Numbered from the stretch's first letter, positions 47,474-56,768 are shown. The stretch is 64,000 nucleotides of DNA from Candidatus Eiseniibacteriota bacterium (GCA_963703225.1 OY969801.1:2496001-2560000); one strand, 5' to 3'. A program made the numbers and translations. The notes: a model not told the origin generated them from the letters alone.

Positions 47474-49609
47474 TCAGAATCGGCGCTGAAATGCGAGCGC
47501 CACCATGTTGGCTCGGTAGTCAAGGACGCTATCGCCTAGGAAGATCGCCGTCGACGTAGTGGCCGTTGGTTGAAATAGGAGCGGGATGTCCTCAGTGGCG
47601 AAGTCATTGGCATTGAATTCCTCCCAACTCCAACGACCCATGACATCGGTGTTCTCCATCAGAGAATACCGGACTTCCACATCCACGCCTTCTCGCATGT
47701 AGACCGTTCCCGGCAGGTTTTGCGCCGGCGGCGTCAACTTATAGCTGGTCAATTCGTACGTACCGGGTGCTCTCTCGTAGTGGTACCCGACGGACAGGGC
47801 AACGCGATCCGGGATGGCGCGCCACGTGACGCCTCCTGTCGCGGTGATGATTTCGTCGTATAGCCGCGCCTCCCAGTTGAGCGTGTCCGCGAGGACGACC
47901 GTACCCGAATTGGATGTTCTGGATTTCTGGTCGCCGTAGAGCCAGGCCCACCCAAAGGACCCCGTCAAGTCAATCCGGTCGGTCGCACTCAGATCCGCGT
48001 CGATGCTCGCGGAGCGCCGCAGGTCGTCCGTCAGACCCATACCGCTCTCGTCGTAATCATTGCGGAGGTAGTTGTAAGTCAAGGTGACGGTTGCGCGATC
48101 GCCGTGGCTCCAGGCGAGTCCCGCGTCCACCAGGTCCTGCACCCGGCTCGCAACATCGTAGCGTCTCAACGTCGGTTGCTCCGTCAAGGTGCCGCTCGCG
48201 TCCTTGTAGTCGTCCAATTCGAACTCATTCACCTTACGGTCTCCATGGCGGAACCGAACGCTCGCCTCGAGCTCCGATCGCGGCCGAACCACGACCTTTC
48301 CTCCTAAGGCGTCTTCCTCATCCTCGGGCACCTCTCGGTATGTATGGTCGCGCTTGAGGTGCTCGAGGGTGCCATAGAGTCCTACCAGGGAGATCGGATT
48401 CCAGTCCAGATCCGCGCCGTAGACCGTCTGCTCGTTGCCGTAGGGGTGGGTGGTGACATCGGTTCCATTCCAGGCTCCGTCGTAGGGGACCTGCCCTGAA
48501 AGGGTCCACTGCGGCGTCTTGTTGTCATACTTGTTCTCAGAGAATCGTAGCGTGCCGCCCAGCTTCGCAATCGGGTGCGACGTGAGTCGGGCATCGATGG
48601 TCGTAAGGTTCGCCTTGGCGTAGGTCTGCGTTCCCGGAAGAGGGAACGTGTCGGGAGCGAGGACGGCCGAATTCACGGTGAACGGGAGCCATGGGTCGTT
48701 CTGGGTGGCCTGCCCGAACGCATACGAGCCGGTGAAGGCGGTCCGCCTGGGAAGCTGCAGGCCCACCTGCCCCGTCACGCGCCAGGACTGGTTATCGGGA
48801 TAGAGATCCATTTTCCCCTTGCCCGGCGTTCCGACGACGTCGGTGAGCGTCCTCGGATTATCCCAAATCAGCGTGCTGTGGTCGTTCTCGAACGCTGAGA
48901 AATTCGCGACCCCCTCGAGGCTCAGCCGATCGTGCGAGTAGGACACCCTCCCCTCGGCATCCGCCATCGTCTGCCGGATCGGCTCGATCGTCTCGATCGT
49001 ATTGTTGAATCCAAAGCTCCCACCATATCCCTTGTCTCCTGCGCGGTTCCGGCGCGTTCCTTTAAGCTCAACCTTCACTCCGTTCCCGGGCCGGCCTCTC
49101 ATCCTCGCGGACAGCACGTCCGTTCGAAAGCCGAGATTGAACTTATTCGCCTGGGCGAGGAAGTCGTTCATCGTCGAAACGTAGCCCCCCGAGTTATCCT
49201 GATTCGCTCTCTGGAGCGAGTCGGGGAGCAGCTGGGTCGCCGGATCGGTCGTTGCCGCATATCCCGTGCGCGTGATGAAGCTCAGGTTGTGCGGTGTCTG
49301 GATGTAATCGACATCGACGCGCCAGCGTGGCTGTAGGTAACGGAAGCCAATTGCCTCGTCGGATCGGATCAGATTGCGCCCCCAGATGGCGGCCCGCCCC
49401 TTCCCGAAAGTGTTGCGATAGAGGAACGACTCCACGAAGACGCCGCGCGCCGCTTCGTTGAATGCCTGATAGTGGGCTTCCGGTGCGCTTTGCTCCCACC
49501 CCTGCGTCCCAAATGTTACGTACCCATCCCCGAGCGCGGGCGTGCTCCACGCGAGCGCAAGCATCCCAGCGGCCGCGAGCAACTTCGAGAAACCCTGAAG
49601 CGTTCTCAT
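47474..49609 (-). CDS. mtrB: MtrB/PioB-family outer-membrane beta-barrel
   Basis: 711 aa, signal peptide, EPIRQT, WDNP, YPDNQ, QNDPWLPFT, LRRYDVASR, C-terminal Phe; directly downstream of the decaheme. The symbol denotes family, not proven orthology. Confidence 0.85.
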   Translation of the reverse strand: MRTLQGFSKLLAAAGMLALAWSTPALGDGYVTFGTQGWEQSAPEAHYQAFNEAARGVFVESFLYRNTFGKGRAAIWGRNLIRSDEAIGFRYLQPRWRVDVDYIQTPHNLSFITRTGYAATTDPATQLLPDSLQRANQDNSGGYVSTMNDFLAQANKFNLGFRTDVLSARMRGRPGNGVKVELKGTRRNRAGDKGYGGSFGFNNTIETIEPIRQTMADAEGRVSYSHDRLSLEGVANFSAFENDHSTLIWDNPRTLTDVVGTPGKGKMDLYPDNQSWRVTGQVGLQLPRRTAFTGSYAFGQATQNDPWLPFTVNSAVLAPDTFPLPGTQTYAKANLTTIDARLTSHPIAKLGGTLRFSENKYDNKTPQWTLSGQVPYDGAWNGTDVTTHPYGNEQTVYGADLDWNPISLVGLYGTLEHLKRDHTYREVPEDEEDALGGKVVVRPRSELEASVRFRHGDRKVNEFELDDYKDASGTLTEQPTLRRYDVASRVQDLVDAGLAWSHGDRATVTLTYNYLRNDYDESGMGLTDDLRRSASIDADLSATDRIDLTGSFGWAWLYGDQKSRTSNSGTVVLADTLNWEARLYDEIITATGGVTWRAIPDRVALSVGYHYERAPGTYELTSYKLTPPAQNLPGTVYMREGVDVEVRYSLMENTDVMGRWSWEEFNANDFATEDIPLLFQPTATTSTAIFLGDSVLDYRANMVALAFQRRF

Positions 49610-49621
49610 CGTCCGCCTCCG

Positions 49622-50581
49622 CTACCTCAGGAATGTCTTGCCTGAGGGATGATTGGACCCATGGATCTGCGTGTGGCAGTTCGTGCAGGAGCGGTTGAAA
49701 AGCCGGTTGCTGACTAGATCGGGACGGTCGTACAGCGTGCTCGGGTGGCGCGTCGCAATGTGGCAGCGCTGACAGAGGAATGGGCGCTTGGCCGCGAGTA
49801 CCTTGTCGTTGTTCGAGCCGTGCGGCATATGGCAGTTGACGCAATTCTCGCGCACCGGCGGGTGCTCCCAGAGCATCGGTCCCCGCTTGTCCATGTGGCA
49901 CGAAGTGCAAAGCTCATTGTTCGAGGTCGCCTTGATCATATGAGGCCCGGACGAGCCGTGCGGATTGTGGCAGCTCGTGCAGTCCATGGCCCCTTCCTGG
50001 ACAGGCATGTGGGCCGTGCGGCTGATCTCCGATCGCTTCTCCTGGTGGCATTTGAGGCAGATCAGGGTGGGCCTGGACTCTGCGAGAAGCGCCTTCCCCC
50101 CCGCGGACTTCGCATTGTGGATGCTGTGGCAGTTTTGGCAGGCCACGTCGTTCCGGGCGTGGGCGCTCTGTTCCCAGTAAAACTGAACCCCCGACTTGTG
50201 GCATCTCTGGCAGACGGCGGCCGCCTCATGCGGCTCCATCTTCCTAAAGACGTGGAGGGTCGCAAACTTTGGATCCTCCTCGTCCCCGTCCGCCTCGACG
50301 TGTAGCGACCCCGGCCCGTGGCAACTCTCGCAGCCAAGGACCGGCCCCGCAGGATCCCCGTCGACTTGTGCTTGGTAATGCGTGTTCAGCTGGAAGGGCT
50401 CCCAGATCTCGTCGTGGCACTTCTGGCACTTGTCGGCGCCGACATAGGTGGCGCCGGGTGCGCCGGGGGGCGGCTCTTCCGCACTGGAAACTGCGGGGAG
50501 GAGGAGAAGAAGAAGGGCTGGGAGCCACGCTGCCGCGGCGTTGATCAAGACATCCTTGGGCGAAGAAAGACGCTGATTCAC
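49622..50581 (-). CDS. mtrA: MtrA/DmsE/PioA/MtoA-family decaheme cytochrome c
   Basis: Ten CxxCH; YVGADKC, GCESCHGPG, KRGPMLWEHPPV, IHGSNHPSG terminus. GTG 50581 follows GGAGGAG. The symbol denotes family. Confidence 0.93.
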   Translation of the reverse strand: MNQRLSSPKDVLINAAAAWLPALLLLLLPAVSSAEEPPPGAPGATYVGADKCQKCHDEIWEPFQLNTHYQAQVDGDPAGPVLGCESCHGPGSLHVEADGDEEDPKFATLHVFRKMEPHEAAAVCQRCHKSGVQFYWEQSAHARNDVACQNCHSIHNAKSAGGKALLAESRPTLICLKCHQEKRSEISRTAHMPVQEGAMDCTSCHNPHGSSGPHMIKATSNNELCTSCHMDKRGPMLWEHPPVRENCVNCHMPHGSNNDKVLAAKRPFLCQRCHIATRHPSTLYDRPDLVSNRLFNRSCTNCHTQIHGSNHPSGKTFLR

Positions 50582-50695
50582 GAGCGGCGCTCCTCCCTGG
50601 TTCGGGGGCTTTCGTCGATCATCCCAGCCCTCTGCTTGGAGAAGGTAGTCGACGACTCTAGCAGAATCTAGGCAACCGTGGTTCACCCCCAGGTA

Positions 50696-50706
50696 CTACC
50701 TAAGTA
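50696..50706 (-). promoter_or_regulatory. Candidate regulator site TACTTAGGTAG (copy 2)
   Basis: Plus strand reads CTACCTAAGTA, in the divergent intergenic region between the cytochrome operon and the RnfD-like gene. Confidence 0.4.
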
Positions 50707-50899
50707 GCACACGGACGCGCGCTGCTGGGACTTCGCACGCGCAACCCACCGGCCAAACTTTCATGATGGACAACGGTGGGAGCCCGGGTCTAGCCTCCTA
50801 CTTGTCGTCGCACCAGCCCCCGGCCCCCCGCGCGACGCGAGGGGCCGGCCTGTATTTTCGGGGAATATCCCCTGCCCGCCGGACGTAGGACCCGGTGCG

Positions 50900-51823
50900 A
50901 TGACGACCCGCGACGCAGCACCCGCCCTGGCTCGATCCAGCCGCCGCTTCGATCCCCGTTGGTGGCAAATCTGTTGCCTCTCCGGACTTCTCACGTACGG
51001 GCTCATCTGGCTCTCCTTTGACAAGCCCCCCATTCAGGTGGCCGCGACGATCGGGACCGCACTGCTGGTCCAGTGGATCCTGACCCGCGCCCTCCGGCTC
51101 TCGCCCTTCGAATGGAAGAGCGCCCTCATCTCCGGTCTCGGCCTCTGCTTTCTCTTCCGCGCGAACGACTGGGGGCTCTCCGCGTTGACCGCCGCCCTCG
51201 CCATCGGAAGCAAGTTCTTCATCCGGTGGAACGGGAAGCACATCTGGAACCCGACCAATTTCGCGCTCGCCTTGATGATGCTCTTGCTGCCGGCCCAAGC
51301 GTGGGTCTCGCCGGGGCAATGGGGCAGCGGACCGACCCTGGCCTACGCGATGGCGTGCGGCGGGATGTTTGTCGTGAACCGCTCCGCGCGGAGCGACACG
51401 AGCATCGCCTTCATCGCCGCGTTCGCGGCGATTCTCTTCGGCCGCTCACTCTGGCTGGGGGAACCGATGAGCATCCCCATCCACCGGCTTGAGAACGGCG
51501 CGCTCATGATCTTCACGTTCCACATGATTTCGGATCCCAAGACCACTCCAAACACGCGCGCGGGACGGATCCTGTTCGCTTGCATGGTCGCGGCGGGAGC
51601 CGGGTTTGTCGCGTTCGTGCTCTTCCGGCCCAATGGGCCGATCTGGGCGCTCGCGGCGCTCGCGCCCTTGGTGCCGCTCATCGACCGCTACCTCCCCGGT
51701 CCTGGGTACAGCTGGATGCGCCCCGTGACCGGACCCCTCTGGAAAGGAGATTCCCGTGAACCGATGGCTGCTCGCTCTCGCGATCTGGTCGGCGGGCGCG
51801 TTTTCGGCGCCGGCCGCCTATAG
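50900..51823 (+). CDS. Stand-alone RnfD/NqrB-like integral membrane protein
   Basis: Multi-TM; SALISG, IGSKF, KHIWNPTNF (cf. NIFNPA), FHMISDPKTTP (cf. FMATDPVS/TP). Confidence 0.75.
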   Translation: MTTRDAAPALARSSRRFDPRWWQICCLSGLLTYGLIWLSFDKPPIQVAATIGTALLVQWILTRALRLSPFEWKSALISGLGLCFLFRANDWGLSALTAALAIGSKFFIRWNGKHIWNPTNFALALMMLLLPAQAWVSPGQWGSGPTLAYAMACGGMFVVNRSARSDTSIAFIAAFAAILFGRSLWLGEPMSIPIHRLENGALMIFTFHMISDPKTTPNTRAGRILFACMVAAGAGFVAFVLFRPNGPIWALAALAPLVPLIDRYLPGPGYSWMRPVTGPLWKGDSREPMAARSRDLVGGRVFGAGRL

Positions 51824-53126
51824 CTTCTGCGGCTTCTACGTCGCTCGAGGTGACGCGAAGATCTTCAACCGCGCGTCGAAGGTGGTGATGGTGCGCGACG
51901 GGACCCGGACCGTCCTGACCATGTCGAATGACTTCAAGGGTGACCCCAAGGAGTTCGCGGTCGTGGTGCCGGTGCCGACATTCTTGGAGAAAGGCCAGAT
52001 TCACATCGGCGACCGCGCGGTCATCGATCACCTCGACGCCTATTCCGCTCCGAGGCTGGTGGAGTACTTCGATCCCGACCCCTGCACGCGGCTCGACTAC
52101 AAGGCATCCCTCCGAATGCAAAACGGCGCGATGGCGCCGATGGCCGCCAAGGAGGTCGATCGCGCCCGCGCGCTCGGCGTCGCGGTGGAGGCAAAGTACA
52201 CCGTCGGCGAATACGACATCGTGATCCTCTCCGCCAAGCAGAGCGGCGGGCTCGAGATCTGGCTCCGCGAGAGCGGTTACACCATTCCTCCGGGGGCGGG
52301 GTCGGTCCTGGCGGGCTACATCAAGCAGAACGTCCGCTTCTTCGTGGCGAAGGTGAATTTGACGGAGCAGGCCAAGCTCGGGTTCTCCTTTCTCCGCCCG
52401 ATCCAGGTCGCGTTCGAATCGCCCAAGTTCATGCTCCCGATCCGGCTCGGCATGGTGAACGCCGATGGGCCTCAGGAGCTCTTTGTGTTCGCGCTGACGC
52501 GGGACGGCCGCGTGGAGACGACCAATTACCGCACGGTGCGGCTGCCCGAGGGATTGGATGTGCCCGAGTACGTCAAGGAGGAGTTCCCCGAGTTCTACCG
52601 CGCGATGTTCGCGGAGCAGGTTCGAAAGGAGCACGGGGAGGCGGTCTTCCTGGAATACGCGTGGGACATGGGGTGGTGCGACCCCTGCGCCGCCGATCCG
52701 CTCACGACGGAGGAGCTGCGCGGCCTGGGCGTCTGGTGGGTCGGCGATCCGCGGGGAGATTCCTCAGGCAATCCCGGATGGATCTCGCCCGGCGGCGGCG
52801 CGCAGCAGGTCTTCGTCACGCGGCTCCACGTCCGCTACGACCGCGCGCACTTCCCCGAGGATCTGCTCTTCCAGCAGACCGGCGACAAAGCGAATTTTCA
52901 GGGCCGGTTCGTGATCCATCATCCGTGGAAGGGTGACTCGGAGTGTTCGGTGGTGGATTCCTACGTCACCGAGCTTCGGGGGCGTAGGGCGAAGGAGGCT
53001 GAGAACTTGGCGTCGCTCACCGGGTGGCCGGTCGAGCGAATCCGCCGGAAGATGAACCTGGCCGCCGACTGGTCCGCACCCGGGGACAGCCACAAATGGT
53101 GGGACCGGATCTGGCCGACGAATTAG
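51756..53126 (+). CDS. DUF2330 family secreted protein
   Basis: Signal peptide then FCGFYVA; EFAVVVPVP; SAPRLVEYFD; PIRLG; WCDPC; TRLH. GTG follows AAGGAG. Confidence 0.8.
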   Translation: MNRWLLALAIWSAGAFSAPAAYSFCGFYVARGDAKIFNRASKVVMVRDGTRTVLTMSNDFKGDPKEFAVVVPVPTFLEKGQIHIGDRAVIDHLDAYSAPRLVEYFDPDPCTRLDYKASLRMQNGAMAPMAAKEVDRARALGVAVEAKYTVGEYDIVILSAKQSGGLEIWLRESGYTIPPGAGSVLAGYIKQNVRFFVAKVNLTEQAKLGFSFLRPIQVAFESPKFMLPIRLGMVNADGPQELFVFALTRDGRVETTNYRTVRLPEGLDVPEYVKEEFPEFYRAMFAEQVRKEHGEAVFLEYAWDMGWCDPCAADPLTTEELRGLGVWWVGDPRGDSSGNPGWISPGGGAQQVFVTRLHVRYDRAHFPEDLLFQQTGDKANFQGRFVIHHPWKGDSECSVVDSYVTELRGRRAKEAENLASLTGWPVERIRRKMNLAADWSAPGDSHKWWDRIWPTN

Positions 53127-53155
53127 GGGTGCCGGATGATGGAGAGGAGCGAGCG

Positions 53156-54499
53156 ATGAAGTGGCTCACCTTGGCAGTGGCAATATTTCTGGCGGGCGGC
53201 GCGGGGACGCCGTCCGCCCGCGCGTTCTGCGGCTTCTACGTCGCGCAGGGGGACGCGAAGATCTTCAACAAGGCTTCAAAGGTCGTGCTCGCACGCGACG
53301 GCGACCGCACCGTCCTCACGATGGCCAGCGACTTCCAGGGCGATCCCAAGGAGTTCGCGGTCGTGATCCCGGTGCCGGTCGTCCTGGAGAAGGGGCAGGT
53401 GCATGTGGGCGACGCGGCCTGGGTGGACCACCTCGACGCGTATTCGGCGCCGAGGCTGGTGGAGTACTTCGATCCGAATCCATGCCCGCAGAGAGACGTG
53501 GTTGCGCTGAAGGCGGGACGCATGTCTCGAGGGGGGCGGGCAGACCAGGTGTATCAGATTCAGAACGTCGAGCTAGGGGGCGATGTCCGCGTCAGGGCCC
53601 AATTCAAGGTCGACGAGTACGAGATCATCATCCTCTCGGCGACCGAAGGGCGCGCGCTCGACCGGTGGCTGACCGAGCATGGCTACCGAATTCCCGACGG
53701 CGCGGCGCCTGTCCTCCAGAGCTACATCAAGCAGGGAATGTTCTTCTTCGTCGCGAAGGTGAACGTCGAGGAGCAGAGGCGGCGCGGGCTCAGCTACCTC
53801 CGACCGATCCAGGTGGCCTTCGAGTCCCCCAAGTTCGTGCTCCCGCTCCGCCTGGGAATGGTAAATGCGCAGGGCCCGCAAGAGATGTTCGTCCTAACGC
53901 TCACGCGCCGGGGACGGGTGGAATCGGCGAATTACCGCACCGTCCGGATGCCCACCGGTCAGGATGTCCCCGAGTTCGTGCAGACAACGTTCGCAAACTT
54001 CTACCGGCTCGCCTTCGACAGTCAGCAGCGCCGGGAGCGAGGTTCGGCTGTGTTTCTCGAATACGCCTGGATGGTGGTGCCCAACACCCCGTCGTGCGAT
54101 CCCTGCACCGCGCCGTATATGACCCCGGCCGAGCTGCGGTCGCTGGGCGCGTTCTGGATCAGCATGGACCCTGGACGTCCCGGGCAGGCGATGTTGACCC
54201 GCCTCCACCTCCGCTACGACAAGGAGCACTTTCCGGAGGACCTTCAGCTCCAGGAGACCGCCGACAAGGAAAACTGGCAGGCGCGGTACGTTCTCCATCA
54301 TCCCTATCGTGGCACCGATGAGTGCCCCGAGCTGGCATCCTACCGGCGGACGGTCTGGGATCGCCGCCGCGGTGAGGCGGACAACTACGCCGCGCTCACG
54401 GGTGTGAACGTCGTCACGGTCCGCAAACAGATGGGAGTGGAAGAGGACTGGTCCGAGCCCACCGAGACGATGGTTTGGTGGGAGCGCTTGTGGAGATAA
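53156..54499 (+). CDS. DUF2330 family secreted protein, tandem paralog
   Basis: Same motifs (FCGFYVA, SAPRLVEYFD, SCDPC, TRLH). ATG 53156 follows GAGGAG. Confidence 0.8.
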   Translation: MKWLTLAVAIFLAGGAGTPSARAFCGFYVAQGDAKIFNKASKVVLARDGDRTVLTMASDFQGDPKEFAVVIPVPVVLEKGQVHVGDAAWVDHLDAYSAPRLVEYFDPNPCPQRDVVALKAGRMSRGGRADQVYQIQNVELGGDVRVRAQFKVDEYEIIILSATEGRALDRWLTEHGYRIPDGAAPVLQSYIKQGMFFFVAKVNVEEQRRRGLSYLRPIQVAFESPKFVLPLRLGMVNAQGPQEMFVLTLTRRGRVESANYRTVRMPTGQDVPEFVQTTFANFYRLAFDSQQRRERGSAVFLEYAWMVVPNTPSCDPCTAPYMTPAELRSLGAFWISMDPGRPGQAMLTRLHLRYDKEHFPEDLQLQETADKENWQARYVLHHPYRGTDECPELASYRRTVWDRRRGEADNYAALTGVNVVTVRKQMGVEEDWSEPTETMVWWERLWR

Positions 54500-54510
54500 C
54501 CCCCCCGACG

Positions 54511-54548
54511 GGGGCGGGGCGGTGCCGAGAGGGGCCGCCCCGGCCTCC
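54511..54548. terminator. Hairpin between convergent genes
   Basis: CGGGGCGG ... CCGCCCCG stem around a GAGA loop. Confidence 0.45.
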
Positions 54549-54552
54549 GGAA

Positions 54553-55077
54553 TTACGCCGCCGACTTCGCTCCGCGCCCCTGAACGGCGCGCAGGATCCA
54601 CATGACTCCATCGAGCGCGAAGACAAGCGGGCTCGATTTCCTGTCGGCGTAGAGAAGCAGGACGTACGACCAGCCGATCGGGTAGCCCTTCCGCGCCTTG
54701 CGCGCGAGCTTCCCGAGACGCTCCCAGCCCGTGTGGGTCAGCTCGAGCCGGGTTCCCCGCTCCATCATGGAGAAGCGTACCTCGATCTCCTGGGAAGTCT
54801 CGGGCGCCATGCCGGGATGCCACGTGAACGCGACGCGAGTGGGCGGCTCCCAACCGGTCACGGTGCCCCAGGTGTGCTCGCCGCCTCCCTGGTCGACCTC
54901 GTAAATTCGCCCCCCCACCCGCCTTTCAAAGACGACGCGCTCTGCCTTCTCGCCTCCCACGGAGTGGCTCCGAATCGGCCACCAGTCGTGGATCTGCTCG
55001 GTGAACCGACGAAACGCCGCGTCGGGCGCCCAGGGCACGGTGATGGTCCGGTGTAGCGGCGGAATGGGTGTGGTCAT
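54553..55077 (-). CDS. SRPBCC/AHSA1-like ligand-binding protein
   Basis: AFRRFTEQIHDWWP, GTVTGWEPPTRVAFTW, TRLELTHTGW, GW. Confidence 0.88.
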   Translation of the reverse strand: MTTPIPPLHRTITVPWAPDAAFRRFTEQIHDWWPIRSHSVGGEKAERVVFERRVGGRIYEVDQGGGEHTWGTVTGWEPPTRVAFTWHPGMAPETSQEIEVRFSMMERGTRLELTHTGWERLGKLARKARKGYPIGWSYVLLLYADRKSSPLVFALDGVMWILRAVQGRGAKSAA

Positions 55078-55403
55078 GCGTTCTCCTTGGTTCGACCGGC
55101 TCGCCGCGGGCGGCGTTTGCCTCCGGCGTAGGCCGTGAGGACCTCGTCCCAGAACGATTCGAGATAGGCCCGGAGCGGCTCCAAGCCGCCCAGATCAACC
55201 CGGTAGATGTGCCGCGTTCCTTCGCGCCGGCTCCGCACGAGTCGGGCGCGGCGCAGCACGGCCAGGTGTTGAGACGCGGCTGGCTGGGTCACGTCCACGG
55301 CGCGGGCGAGCTCACCCACCCCGTGCGGCCGCCGGCGAAGCCGCGCCAAGATGGCCCTGCGGGTGGGATCGGCCAGAGCGCTGAGCGTATCTATATAGGC
55401 CAT
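55074..55403 (-). CDS. ArsR/SmtB family HTH regulator
   Basis: ALADPTRRAIL, VTQPAASQHLAVLRRARLV, REG...Y. Confidence 0.93.
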   Translation of the reverse strand: MAYIDTLSALADPTRRAILARLRRRPHGVGELARAVDVTQPAASQHLAVLRRARLVRSRREGTRHIYRVDLGGLEPLRAYLESFWDEVLTAYAGGKRRPRRAGRTKENA

Positions 55404-55442
55404 TACTTATATAAGTATATACGCATGATAAGGCGTTGTCAA
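55404..55442 (-). promoter_or_regulatory. Sigma70 promoter with overlapping 14-bp palindromic operator
   Basis: TTGACA-N17-TATACT (55442 to 55414); perfect palindrome TACTTATATAAGTA at 55404-55417 abutting the ATG. Confidence 0.8.
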
Positions 55443-55592
55443 GGGAGAAGGTTGGGCGTGCAGGGAACGTTACAGAAACGCGGCGGAAGCTATCCCTCCG
55501 CCGCCATCACGCCGTCGAGGAGCGCCCCGAATGCGAATAACGAAACCAGCTTCATGCGAGCACTCCGCCTCTCCCAGTCCATCTGCCCGATC

Positions 55593-56231
55593 CTAGCTCA
55601 GCACCTTGTACGCGTGCGCCCAGTCCTGCCGGAGAAAGCCCGGAATGCACCAGAGGATGCAGAGCGGCTCGATCGCGCGGGCCGCTTCCACCTTCCCCAT
55701 GTCCGCGGTCTCCCATCCGAACTGGTCCAGAATTCCGGTCACCGCCTTCTTGGCCCCTTCGTCATCGCCGCAGATGAACATGGTCGGCTTCCCGCCCGCG
55801 AGCTTTGGATTGACCATCAGCGCGTTTCCGACCGAGTTGAAGGCCTTGACGAACCGTGCGGCGGGGAATTCACGCTGCAGGCGCTCCATGAGAGAGTCCT
55901 CGAGGGTCGTGAAAAACCGGAGCACGCCGTTCACCGGAGGCAAGTCGGCGATGGGATTCGTCGCGTCGATGATCGGCTTTCCCGCCAGATTCTTGGCCCC
56001 CGCGGAATTCAACACCGTGCCTGCCGCCGTCCCCTTGACCGCGAGCACGATCATCTCTCCGAACGCGGCCGCGTCCGCGAAGCTACCAACGCTGACTCCC
56101 CGGTTCTGCGCGGCCCATTCGGCCAGTTTTGCGGGCTCGCGCGTGCCCATCTTCACTTTGTGGCCGTGGCGCAGAAAGCCGGCCGCCAGCGTCTTGGCCA
56201 CCGCACCAGAGCCCAAAAGACCAATATTCAT
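55593..56231 (-). CDS. NADP-dependent oxidoreductase, F420-dependent NADP reductase-like family
   Basis: IGLLGSGAVA, IIDATNP, VKAFN, CGDD, DMG...ARAIEP. Confidence 0.88.
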   Translation of the reverse strand: MNIGLLGSGAVAKTLAAGFLRHGHKVKMGTREPAKLAEWAAQNRGVSVGSFADAAAFGEMIVLAVKGTAAGTVLNSAGAKNLAGKPIIDATNPIADLPPVNGVLRFFTTLEDSLMERLQREFPAARFVKAFNSVGNALMVNPKLAGGKPTMFICGDDEGAKKAVTGILDQFGWETADMGKVEAARAIEPLCILWCIPGFLRQDWAHAYKVLS

Positions 56232-56318
56232 GCTGGATCCCTCCCTTCCTCAGCTACGGAGACAATGTACTGTAAGCTTCGGCGTTGCTCCCTACCTTAA
56301 CCATTCTGGAGGGTGGAA

Positions 56319-56768
56319 ATGCGGTTTCGTGAAAAGAGCGCCTGGGCTTGCCTGGTCACCACGATCGCGGTCTTCGTTCCCTACTTCGCCTACGTCCTTG
56401 CCCTCTTTCGACGCGGCGAGCTCAGTCCCGGTGCGGTGATGACCGCGTTCATGGCGGCGGTCGCCTTCCAAATCGCGCTGAACGTGATCGCGCACATCGG
56501 TCTCTCGGTTCGGGGCGGGCAGGAGAAGAGGGACGAACGGGCCGTCGCGATCGAGTCCAAATCGTTCAAGAACGCCTACGTCGTCCTCGTGGCGACTTTG
56601 GTCGTGGCCATCATCGGCGTCACGGTTTTCGCGGTGGCACCCAGGTCCGCGTACACCGGGCCCGCGATGGCGCTCACGTTCCTGAGCCAGGTGATTCTTC
56701 TCTGCGTCATCCTCGCCGAGACGGCCAAGTACTCGACCCGTGCGGTCTGCTACCGCCGCGGGAGCTGA
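56319..56768 (+). CDS. Small four-TM membrane protein (DUF2178-like)
   Basis: MRFREKSAW, four hydrophobic segments, RDER...IE loop, YRRG terminus. Confidence 0.7.
   Translation: MRFREKSAWACLVTTIAVFVPYFAYVLALFRRGELSPGAVMTAFMAAVAFQIALNVIAHIGLSVRGGQEKRDERAVAIESKSFKNAYVVLVATLVVAIIGVTVFAVAPRSAYTGPAMALTFLSQVILLCVILAETAKYSTRAVCYRRGS

Noticed and set aside
50582..50686. N-terminal extension of the decaheme given by the ORF track
   Set aside because: A strong GGAGGAG precedes GTG 50581 and the signal peptide follows it; the upstream part is probably promoter DNA.
50900..51823. Calling this gene rnfD or nqrB of a full Rnf/Nqr complex
   Set aside because: No other subunits adjacent, shorter than canonical subunits and lacking the canonical FMN attachment motif.
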